Part shown: piece by piece, positions 53,085-64,000 of the stretch
Position numbering within the stretch: position 1 is the first letter of the stretch
How the letters are laid out: the number at the start of each line of letters is the position of its first letter
Origin: Octopus sinensis
Lineage: Eukaryota
NCBI RefSeq assembly: GCF_006345805.1
Contig: NC_043001.1
Location: 78,802,001-78,866,000 of the forward strand
Direction: 5' to 3'
DNA length: 64,000 bases
Notes under the pieces: generated by a model
The model's database searches: none
Told to the model about the DNA's origin: nothing
The model's input: only the letters and a program-made list of their open reading frames with translations
Translations under genes and position numbers: made by a program

Positions 53085-54292
53085 TTAATAATAATAATAA
53101 TAACAATAATAATAATAATAATAGTAATTGTAATAATAATAATGATAATAATAATAATAATGATAATAATAACAACAACAACAACAACAATAATAGCAAA
53201 CGAAAATCAAAATTTGCCTCTTTTATGAAAGGAGATAAATTCTATCACATATACTGTAGGAAATTACGTAAGAGCTGGGTAAATAACATTCTTTGTTTTC
53301 TTTGAAGCATAAATAAGTCTTGCAAACTACCAATCCTGGAGCAATCAACATAAAGTCGACCATGAGAGAAGCAAGGCTTAATTAAACGCAGGCCAGTAAG
53401 TAGATTTCAAAGTCTGACCTTGTGAGTTATTAACAGACATTGCAATGCAAAGTCGCACAGGGAATTGTGTTTATTTGAACTCAAATGGCATGTCTGTTGG
53501 TGTTATTGGAATTCTTGGAAATTAAAGCTTCTTCCGCAGAGGCACATTCAGTGGTGATGGTAGTTTCTGTCACATTAGGTGATAATGCCTTCACAATCAA
53601 CCTTGTCTCATTGCATAATTTAAGAGTATTTAAATTTCTTAGAAGCATTATTATGACTCCTAACTTCAGAAAAAATTTATGTAGAGGAGTTCCAGGTGGT
53701 TAAAGATAATTAAGGATCTCTGTTGGGTAATGGCGAGCTCGATTTTCATCAAGGACAGAATCAACTGATTTGGATTCCTTAATAACTGCCGGAATCTTAT
53801 TTGTTAAGTCATGGTTAATCCAGTCTCCTTTTTGGAGCAAGAATTGACCTTTCACACAACCATTTATATGACTTATAATTATTACTTGAGTCTCGAAATA
53901 CCCAGTCCTTCATTTTAGCTGCAGAATTCATCATGATAGGAATATGAACCAAACTGATATCACCATTCCCATCAAGTGATACTTACCCATTTCCTAATTG
54001 GAAGAGCCAGGTTGAAAGCTGTTCTGCACATTTGGCCTCATGTAATAAAGCTCACGCGTCGTTAGTACTGAAGGAGAATTTCTGTACTTTATTCCATAGG
54101 TGTGAAAACTTAGTGCATGGTTTTATTTCATGAGATCTTGTTCATCTCGAAATGTCTGGTAATGTCTGACTGAAGTTTCCTGATAAAACTAATGTATCTC
54201 CTCCCATAGAGTTATTGTTGCTCCAAATGTCCTGTAAGGTCTTATCAAGAGCTTCCATTGCACCTCTTTGTGACATGGTGTATTCATCCCAA
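52939..54292 (-). mobile_element. Helitron remnant: PIF1-family helicase C-terminal region and probable 3' end
   Basis: Minus strand WDEYTMSQRGAMEALDKTLQDI..MGGDTLVLSGNFSQTLP (54150-54291), LKLGVIIMLLRNL..LCNETRLIV, FPVRLCIAMSVNNSQGQTLK (~53405-53465) and PCFSHGRLYVDCSR (~53340-53376). Decayed hairpin at 52958-52973, 15 nt before CTAG|T (52939-52942). An (AAT)n tract lies at 53020-53195. Confidence 0.8.
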
Positions 54293-55478
54293 CACTTCGG
54301 CTAAACCAGAATCTTTGCTTATGTTACAAATTGGACCGTCATTTGTGACCAGGTAATTTAACAGCAGCATGAGTTGTTCACCCTCCTGGGAGTATGGTGG
54401 CAGCAAAGCCAGACAATGCTACAACGACTGTCATTCGTTTTCTGTTACCTTAGCGTGGAGGAAAGCAATAGTATTACAAATGTTTTACTTGTGCCACACG
54501 GATCATCAAGAAAGAAAATTCGTCTGCTTTCTTCTGGTGATTGTGGAAATCCCCATGCACGCGCATGCACACACACACATACATACAGTATCAAACATCA
54601 GATAAGATGGACGTGTGTGTGAGTGTGTGTGTGAGAGAGAGATAGAGAAAGTGAGTGCCACTTAGACATCACTCTCTCTGTCTCTCTCTCTCATACACAA
54701 GCATACGTACATACAAAAAGAAGATGTTCGCATACATGATAACACAAGCCTTCACTCACTCTCTCTCTCTCTCTCACGCATACACACATACATAATGACA
54801 CACGTACATAAATGTATACAAACGTACAAACACACACGTGTGCGTGTGTGACTGACTAAAAATACATAGAGCTGAACAGAGCGCGTAAAAAGTAAATAAG
54901 TAAAAACTTTTTGCGGAAATTAAAGAAGTGTGTGGGTTCAAGTGAAAGAATGCCTATATGTTTTGGACGCCTCCTGTTAAATTGCAAAATAATAATGTTC
55001 ATATTTCTGTAATAACGAAATCAAACCTGGAATGTGTGTGAGAGAGAGAGAGAGAGAGAAAGAGAGAAAGAAAGAGGGGGAGAAAGAGAGAGAGAGAAAA
55101 CATTGCAAACAATGAATGAAATAAGCATGAAATGAAAAAATCGTATACATAAAAGCACGTTTAAAAGTATCTCGTACCGAATATTTAAATTTGTGAAATT
55201 TGTAACTATTTCTTTAAGTAATTTATCTGGCTTGTTTACAGATAGCGAACTAAAATTTGAAATGAAAACATTATACAGCAATACCGGAAGCTGATATTGT
55301 GAAGCCTTTTTAAAATCATAAATATTAAGCAATATTATTTATTTCAAATTAAAAAATAAACTAAAGACCCTATAATTTATCCGAGGTCAAATCATTCATG
55401 CATCCCAAGTATGGAAGCAATTTGCGCAGCCGTTTTCGCGTGAAAAGTGAACACACACACACGTGCTCACACTCACGT

Positions 55479-55510
<32 letters not shown>

Positions 55511-55524
55511 GTCTATATATATAT

Positions 55525-55760
55525 AGGGAGAGTTCACGAAAAAACATCAAAAGACGAAGACAGGTGGTGTATACAACAAACATATGTATTAGTATAACGC
55601 TGAGGAATTGAAAAAGTCTTTTACGTTTCGAGCCTACGCTCTTCTACAGAAAGTGATATAGAAAAAAACAAGGAGAGAAACAAGGAGACAAAAAATGTGT
55701 GTAGTGGCTACCGATCTATCATGTTTGCGTGTGTTTCCGTGTGTCTTTATGTATGTACAT
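55525..55760 (-). mobile_element. Solo Neptune-type 3' end with minimal hammerhead
   Basis: Minus strand CUUU-CUGUAGA-A-GAGC/GUAG/GCUC-GAAACGUA^AAAG (55617-55653). The terminus TTCGTGAACTCTCCC-(TA)n is identical to that at 25007. Confidence 0.8.
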
Positions 55761-55825
55761 ATCCGTGTATCATATGAATCATTAATGTTTGTTTCGTCCT
55801 CCAACACCACTTTGGAAACCAGTAT

Positions 55826-55990
55826 TGGTTTGTTTACATCCACGTAAGATAGCGTTACGGTAAAAGCGACAAATAGATGATGCACCAGTCTTATATATAT
55901 AGCTACTGAACTCAATCTGATAGACTAAAAACCCTTCAAAGCGATGCCCCACCGTGGCCACAATATAATAGCTGAAATCTGTAAAAGATA
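55826..55990 (+). mobile_element. Decayed 3' half of the second SINE-like family
   Basis: TTGGTTTGTTTACATCCACGTAA..CGGTAAAAG.. and CCGTGGCCACAATATAATAGCTGAAA align with 61262-61425. Confidence 0.5.
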
Positions 55991-56199
55991 TATGATTAAA
56001 AATATATGATATTCCATTCTATGCATTCTATCCTTTGCATTTCGCTTAAAAAATTTTTTAAATTTAAACTTCTTTTCCCACCTGGATTGGCCTGGAAATG
56101 ATGATCTTCCTTGCAACAGCTTTTCGCCATGAATGGAATCTATTCCCTCATTTGTTTCTTAGATGAAATCTGATCTGGAGCTTATGTAGTGATGCAGCA

Positions 56200-58750
56200 A
56201 AGGCACAGTATCATTACACACACATCATCATCGCAATCACGGCTACTATAACTACTAGGGCAGCAACAAGCGCTACCAGGTCCACCACCACCACCACCAC
56301 CACCACGAACAACAACATCACCATCAGCAGTATCAGCAGCAATAACATCATCATCATCAGCAGCAACAACAACAGCAGCAGCAGCAACAACAACAGTAGC
56401 AGCAGTAACAGAAGCAACAGCACCACTAACAAAAACAATGCCATCAGTGACACGACTACCATCACCACCACCGCCGCCGGCAATACTACCACAACCACCA
56501 GCATCAGCATCAGCATCAGTGCCACTACCACGAACTCTACCACCGCTTACAGCACCAGCCCCATCACTGCCACCACAACCACCATCAAAACGATGTCGAC
56601 GACTACCACCAATACCACCTTCACTACCGCGATTAAAAGCAACAGCAAATGTAACCACAGCAACAGCGTCTAAAGTATCACCACCGCCAGCAATACCACC
56701 ACCACTCCACCAATACCAACACTACTACCATCGCTACCACTGACACTATTACGAATATCTCTATAACAAATATCATCACCTTGACGACTGTGACGTCCAG
56801 GTCGAAGAGATCTAGCAGGGTCATCATCACAATCACTATTACAAACACCAGCAGCGCCATCTTCTGAGAACCACGTCTCCGATGACAGCACCATCACCAC
56901 CACTACCGCTGTCACATCCACCAAAACACGCCACCGTTGCCTCTATAACCACCTCCACCGCCTCAACCACCATCATCTCTACCACTCCAACCACCATCAC
57001 CACCACCGCAACCACTTCCAATGCCGCCACTACCACCATAAACACCACCGTCTCAACCGTCACCACTACAACCAATGCTACCATCAACATGACACAACCA
57101 TCGCCACTGTAACAATCTCTACCGCCTCAACCACCATCGCCACTGCTACCACCACCATCTCCACCACCACCACCATTACCCACTATCACCAATACCACAA
57201 CCAATGCTACCACCACCACTGCAACCACCAATAACCCACCAGCACCATCGGCACCACCGCCGTAAACCGGCAATACAAATGTAATAATACCACTACCATC
57301 ACCAGCAGAGCCACCACAGTCAATGTCAATACCCCCTGCACCATCACCAGCATCACCGCTATCAGTATTACCACCGTCATTATTGCCACAACCATCACTA
57401 TCATCATAACCATCATTGAAATCATCAGCACTACAAACACCATCTGTAATAGAAGCACAGACATCATCACCATGACCATCGCCACCGACATTAACTAACA
57501 CTACCATGAAAAACAACCACAACATCAGCTATGATAACACCCTCCATCACAAGCATTACCACCGCCACCACCACTGCTATCGCTATTCCCCTTATGGATA
57601 GTATTACCACCAGTGCTATTAATACAACTGCAACCAACAGCACATCGTCACCACTGCCACGAATATACCAACATTATCATAATCCTCATCTGCACTATCG
57701 CCACCACCATCACCACCATCATTGCTATTATCACTACTATTCTCACTATCACCATCACCATAACCATCAGCATAAACACCTCTAATAGAATCACCAGTAG
57801 AACCCCCTTCCCTCATCATCATCTCCTTCAGAAACAGAGCCATCATCACCGTATATTCCACTGCCATAATCATCGCTACTGTCACCGAAACGCCAACTGC
57901 AACGACAATTATCACCATCATACCATCACCAACCCCACTATTACCGCTACTACAGCGTCATCAACACCACCACTATGACCATTAACATCACCATCAAGAC
58001 AACCACCGTTATCAATGCCACAACCACCTTCATCGTTACCAAGACCAACGCCATCACCGCAACCATCAACGTAAACATGACCACTGCAACCAGTGTCTGA
58101 ACGTAGCAAAGTCTTAACCATGACCAACGCCACCACCAACATCATTACACGAACCACCAGCATGATCTCCACGACCATCACCACCACCACATCTACCGCC
58201 TCCAGAACCACATCCATCCCCACAACTAGCACCAGTAGCACCCAAAACATCAACATCACCACCACTCACGCACCATTGCCACATCTACTAACTTCCCCAC
58301 ACTTTCCCCACCACCAACACCACTACCACCAGCGTAACCATCATCAATAACACCACAGCTACCCCCTACCATCACCACCAACACTACCAGCGTAAACATC
58401 GCCATAATCACCACTACCATAACCACAATCACTATCATCACAACAAACATAACCCCCACTTCAACACAACCACAACAACAACAACATCAAACATGACCCA
58501 CCACCACTATCACCACCATCAGCACAACCATCTCTACAGCACGACCATCATTAACACTACCACCACAACCACCACTACCGCAATCGCCAACACCACCAAG
58601 CACAACACAACAAACAGCATCAACGCAATCACGGAAGCCATCACGCCCACCACCAGAACCGCCACCACCGTAATCACCAACATCACTACAACCGCCACCT
58701 CAACCATCACCACCGCAATCACCAACACCACCACGGTCACCACCACTACG
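56200..58750. repeat. 2.5-kb cryptic (CAC/CAT/CAA/CAG)-rich low-complexity tract
   Basis: Strongly C/A-skewed plus strand with no stable unit. All six frames are fragmented into Thr/His/Pro or Val/Met/Gly runs. Confidence 0.9.
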
Positions 58751-59083
58751 GTGTTGCTTGAAATTGAAATCCACATAAAAGAGAGGAGGTCGAACCGTCG
58801 AGCCGATTTCTGTCCGTTACTAAATGAAGGCAATAGAGGCGTTTGATGATGGACTTGTATCAAAGACTACATGTACTTCATCAACAATAGAGATAAAGCC
58901 AGGCAGGCTTCAAACATGCATAAATAGATAGACACACACACATACACACATACATGAGGTTGGAACGCGCACATAAATAATGACATGCACACACAGACAC
59001 TTAATACACACAAGTGAATGCACACTCACATAAAGACGCATATATATTGACGCATACATGGCAAATATACAGATGCACATAGT

Positions 59084-59161
<78 letters not shown>

Positions 59162-59358
59162 TGTGTTTGTGTGCATCTGCATATGTGCTGAAACGTACAT
59201 ATGTATACGTACAAATGAATTTGCAAATACATAGGTACACCTAAGATGTGTACATGTGCAAATATATATATTCGCGCGCGTGTATATATATATATATATA
59301 TATTTAATTTTATGTGTGTGCATATATATCTATATCTACCACTATATACATATATATA

Positions 59359-59585
<227 letters not shown>

Positions 59586-59587
59586 AG

Positions 59588-59764
59588 TGGCACTCCGTCA
59601 GTTACGGATCCGATCACCGGAACAGCCGGCTTGTGAATTTAACGTGCAGTGGCTGAGCAATCCACAGATACGTTTACACTTAACGTAGTTTTCGAGGAGA
59701 TTCAGAGCGATACAGAGTGTAACAAAGCTGGCTCTCTGAAATACAGGTATAACAGAAACAGGAA
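59588..59764 (-). mobile_element. Interspersed repeat fragment homologous to 38650-38825
   Basis: See 38650-38825. Confidence 0.6.
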
Positions 59765-59769
59765 GATAT

Positions 59770-60055
59770 ATATATACATATTCAACACGGCTATTCAAGA
59801 GAAAAGACCTATTCGTCAGCATAGAGTTCTGCTGCACGGCAACGCCCGCCCTCATATCGTCAATATGACCAAGGAAACCATTCATACGCATGATTGGGAA
59901 GTGTTGTCATAACCACTGTACTCTCCTGATTTGGCACCAAATGAATTTCCTCCACTTTCGATCTCTTTCAAATGCTATGCATGGAGTTCGTTCAGTACTT
60001 ATGCAGAAATGAGAGCTTGGTTGGATCAATTTTTCGAGTTGAAATCGGATGATTG
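59770..60055 (+). pseudogene. Mariner transposase C-terminal remnant
   Basis: AIQEKRPIRQHRVLLHGNARPHIVNMTKETIHTHDWEVLS*PLYSPDLAPNE..FRSLSNAM..WLDQFFELKSDD. Confidence 0.85.
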
Positions 60056-60109
60056 CTCCCTACTATCTCGTCCCGCAGTGGATGGTAATTCTCACTCTTC
60101 TGTTTCCTT

Positions 60110-60275
60110 ACATTTCTCCCTCGACAGCAGGTGTTGGACATAGGACGGATCCAGTTATCAGCTGAATCCATTGTGAGGATTGCACTGCTGCCGTCTTTTG
60201 GCCGTGAAGGGCAGGTAGTTTTTATTTGTCTAGTGGCTGCAGTGAAACAGGTAGTAGGGTGGACCCATTTGAAAT
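60110..60275 (+). pseudogene. Short old fragment of the Tx1-like LINE ORF2 C-terminus
   Basis: IGRIQLSAESIVRIALLPSFGREGQVVFICLVAAVKQVVGWTHLK aligns with VGRVGLSAESIVNIVTPPSFKREGRAIFIILVAMAK of the 41-45 kb element. Confidence 0.7.
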
Positions 60276-61261
60276 AATAATGATGATGATGATGATGATG
60301 ATGATGATGTGATGATGATGATGATAAAGAGATGGACGATAAGGATGAGGAGGAGGAGGATGAAGACGATGATGATGACATGATGATAATGATTTCTGTT
60401 ATTTTTCAACGGGCATAGGATATGGGTACATCACAAAGAATTTCTATAAGGGTTTTCATAAACTATGAGATTGGAAGAAATGGTTGAGACGGTGAAATGC
60501 GATAAAGAAACATATATAGTGTTGTAAATAAGTTAACACATTAATGATGCAGTTTTCATCAGAAAGGAATAACCGCCAACTAGAGACAATCAAGGAACAC
60601 CACAGATCCAGGATTACCCTTTGTACCAAAGCTATAAGTTCTTCCCTTAGAGTAGGTCCATTCTCTCCAGTAATTTTTGAGCGCAGTAATTTTCACGAGT
60701 TCCCAGGGAGAGAGTACTTCCCAGTAATATTGTTTAAATTAGATACAAGGACAGTAATTTTGAAGGTGGTGGGCATTACACGACACCATAAATCTAATAA
60801 TTTGATTGGCAATTTGTTTTATCGGTCCCGGAGGCTTGAAATGCAAAGCTGAACAGAACAAGATTTCATTTCAAAATGTTATGTGTTGGGATAAATACCC
60901 ACCGAAGTGAACTTAGGCTTTTTGAACTCTTCGGCGACCAAGCAGAATCGTGAGCGTGTAAATGATCGAACATGATGACTTCGGAAGAGGAATACTTAAT
61001 GATATATGCATGATATATTCATGTAGAGTAACCTTTTGCTCATTTCAGTCATTGCCTCTACTCTACGTAGTCACCAGTTCAGTCCCAAAGCGCGTCACCT
61101 TTGGCAAATTTTTGCGACAATAATTCGGAGTCGACCAATGATTTGAGACTGAATGCTTTAGAAAGAATGAATGTAGGAACCGTTATATCTTTGTTTGTGT
61201 TTGTGTTTGTGTGCGAGTGCGTGCGTGTGCGAGTGAGGGGTATGTTTGTTCCCAACATCTC

Positions 61262-61425
61262 TAGAAAACCGGGGTTGGTTTCTTTGCGCTCCCATAACAT
61301 AATGGTTCGGCAAAAGTGACCGATAAAATAAGTGTCATTAGTACTGGAGTCGACTTTTAGACTAAACTATTCGAGACGATGCTCAAGAATGGCCACAATT
61401 CAATGACTGAAATAAGCGGTAAAGA
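61262..61425 (+). mobile_element. 3' half of the second SINE-like family
   Basis: GGTTCGGCAAAAGTGACCGATAAAATAAGT...AATGGCCACAATTCAATGACTGAAATAAG. Confidence 0.65.
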
Positions 61426-62654
61426 AAAAAACTATAATATGTAGGTGATCAAAATTTATGTGACAGAGAGGAATCGGATGTGGTGTTTGCGTGTTAATAT
61501 AATGGAAGGAATATTTTCTAGGTTGACGCGAATTCCTTGGTTGTCAAACAAGATGGCTTACGACATAATGATGTATACAAACGTGAATGTGCTTTGAGGG
61601 GTCACCACAACCCACTACCGGAATCTTCGTCCGAATCTTTACAACATAGTAATCTCAACTACAGGCATCAGGTGGTATGGAGCAATGTTTATCGGGTGGT
61701 CTGAAATGCCTATGACACAGAAAAAAATAAATAAATAAACAGGGACCAGCTATGTTAGTGGACCAAAGAACGGTTTTATGCAAGACAATCTTTTGATAGA
61801 CCAGCTGATCACGTGCGTAACGAAACAATTGATGGCGTAATATATAATTCAATTATTACATGTGTAATACATAAATAAAACAAAAACACACTGCAGACTG
61901 CAATAATCAATGATATACGAATACAATTTAAAAATTTATACTTTCTGTGCGGCCTGGTAAGCAAATGATTCATGGTTGAACGTCCAGAATGCAATCAAGA
62001 CGGTTTCTGTTCTGATTTTTTTTTTTTTTTTTTTACATTTGTGTTCCTTTATTCAGATAAAATTTCGTCGGTGATATGAGGACAGCAGTGGTAGAGAGGC
62101 AGATGGATGTAGAAGCAGAAGTGAGTAAGTGAGGGGGTGAATGAGTGAGTGAGAGAGAGAGAGAGAGAGAGAGAAAGTGGGAGAGAAAGTGAGAGCTGGG
62201 GAAACAAAGACAGCGAGATAAAGAAGAAAAGAGAGAACGAAAGGAAAAAGTAAGAAGGAAAGAAACGAGAGGAAAAAAGAAATAGCGAAAGAACGAAAGG
62301 AGGAAAGAAAGAAAGATAGAAGTAAATAGATGAGATCACGTAACATCTTTGTGTCTGATACTAATAGCAAATATGATTACGAGATTTTAAATGGATTCTG
62401 TAGTTTTTCCAATAAAAAAATTATAAAATTTGTTTCCTCACAACTTCCAGAAAAATGGATACTTTTTAATGCAATTTTCTACAAATAACTTTCTGACGGT
62501 GTAGAATCCTATTACAATGGGAATTTTTTATGAAAAAAATTTTGAGAAAGGTGAAAAGATCTTCAGATAATTCACAATTGTCGAATTTGTTTCTTCATAA
62601 CATATAGAAAAATGGGTATTTTTTTAACGTAATTTTCGGAGATAGCTTTCGTTC

Positions 62655-62900
62655 AGAGGGTCTGTGTTTATGACTTAGTGGTGGGGCACAAGCACAAGCG
62701 CAGAGACACATATAAATACAATAGATACATATACACACATATATACGACAGACTTCTCTCAGTTTCCTTCTACCAAATCCACTTTCAAGGTCTTGTTTGC
62801 TCCGATCTATAGTAGATGACATTTACCAAAAGTGCTGCGCAGTCGAACTGAACACAATGCCACATAATTGGAAAGCAAGCTTCTTAAATACGCGGCGTGG
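62655..62900 (-). mobile_element. Decayed SINE (5' half, same family as 59461)
   Basis: CAGTTTCCTTCTACCAAATCCACT..CTATAGTAGATGACATTTACCAAAAGTGCTGCGCAGTCGAACTGAAC. Confidence 0.65.
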
Positions 62901-63274
62901 TCCATGACTATATCGGAATTTAAATATAACAAAAATATAAGCCTGCACACATACATACTGACACATTCTTTTTTTTTTTTTTTGTTTCTTCAATATTTGG
63001 TTAGTATCTGTAGATAATACAACCCAGTTGTTTTTCGTAAGATACAGTTAGGAGTGTTTCGCTTATTGCCGTCTGTCTTCGGAATTAATCTTTGGCTGAA
63101 ATTCTCTGGTGAAATATTGGATAATTGGCTAAGCAATGGCTGCTCAGTGTTTATCTCAGAATGTATTTCTATTGACTTTCTAAGCATATAAATATGAAAG
63201 AAATGGCAGGAGCATTTGTCAGAACAAAATACCTTGTATGTGGTATTTCTTCTAGATCTTCACCTTCTGTTTTC

Positions 63275-63402
63275 AGCTCACAATGAGGTCGACTTAGCCT
63301 TTTATCCTATCGAGCTCGGTAAAAATAAGTACTACTGGATTCAGTGGCATTGACAATCCCCCTCCTCCACAAAAACTGGTGACCTTTCGCCACAATTTGA
63401 AA
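63275..63402 (+). mobile_element. Strongly decayed major-family SINE fragment
   Basis: GAGGTCGACTTAGCCTTTTATCCTATCGAG..AAATAAGTACT..CCACAATTTGAA. Confidence 0.55.
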
Positions 63403-63499
63403 TTATTATCATTATTATTATTATTATCATTTCGTATACGCACAGCATGTTACACTGTTGCAGAAAGAAATTCCTAAAATCGGGCTACAGCAAGTAACC

Positions 63500-64000
63500 T
63501 TAGATGCCAAAAAGTTTCCAAACTATTCTAGGTGTCTTTAATACTATTATTATCTGGACCTTATGTTTTATGTCCGTTTGCTTTATCTATCTGTTCAAAG
63601 CTTTAGGGATATTTCCTATTGCACCTATACCCACGGAGAAACATTTTACCGCAATTTCCATAGCGTCTTTAACTTAATAGCTTGATCCTCATAGTCTGCT
63701 ATTTTTACGGTACCTCCCATATTGACTTTCTCAGTATTTTCGACTGTAAAGTCCATTGCTTGACACTTTCTATTCTCTTCGTCTACAATTACTAAATTAG
63801 GTCTTCTAACTTCTATTACACTAGTAGTCTGAATGTGAAAATCCCACATTTTAAATTCTTACTTTCTAGCACTTTACTAGATTCTTGTTCATATAACTTA
63901 TCAGAAATCCTACCTTTCTGCATAACTTCTGTGGGGATTATTCTCCCTAGGTTGTCATGTCTTTTATTCTTTCTGTGCAAGCATACTGTAATCACTAACT
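63500..64000 (-). pseudogene. C-terminal restriction-like endonuclease region of an R4/Rex6-type non-LTR retrotransposon
   Basis: Minus strand SDYSMLAQK..RHDNLGRII and WDFHIQTTSVIEVRRPNLVIVDEENRKCQAMDF...KIADYEDQAIKLKTLW, then GAIGNIPK. This is the WDF.IQT..I..RRPD...D...KY.DL..E..RLW pattern. Runs off the window end. Confidence 0.75.

Noticed and set aside
60544-60852. 102-aa plus-strand ORF
   Set aside because: No recognisable domain on either strand; a brief cadherin-like impression on the minus strand lacked the conserved motifs.

Overview
Repeat-dominated, AT-rich eukaryotic DNA, most likely an intronic or intergenic region of an octopod cephalopod. The taxon is inferred from the SINE families and the very dense microsatellites and was not checked by search. 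I cannot support any host protein-coding gene, rRNA or true tRNA gene; almost all listed ORFs are translated microsatellites. The window does contain: (1) an apparently full-length Neptune-type Penelope-like retroelement (28458-32970; RT plus GIY-YIG) whose clearly reconstructable lesions are 1-bp indels in homopolymer runs; (2) a 5'-truncated Tx1/L1-clade LINE (41357-45224) with complete but frameshifted ORF2, sitting in a (GATA)n microsatellite with a 15-bp target-site duplication; (3) older Penelope-like, mariner, Helitron, R4-like and LINE-ORF1 remnants; (4) about 20 tRNA-derived SINE copies or fragments, several stacked at the 5' end of an older copy; (5) nine hammerhead-ribozyme-like motifs, some badly decayed. 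The two most interesting observations are an inverted pair of complete type-I hammerheads in a non-coding ~500-bp unit (52396-52888), and a Neptune hammerhead family sharing a non-canonical CUGUNGA core. All folds and alignments were done by eye and need computational and experimental confirmation.
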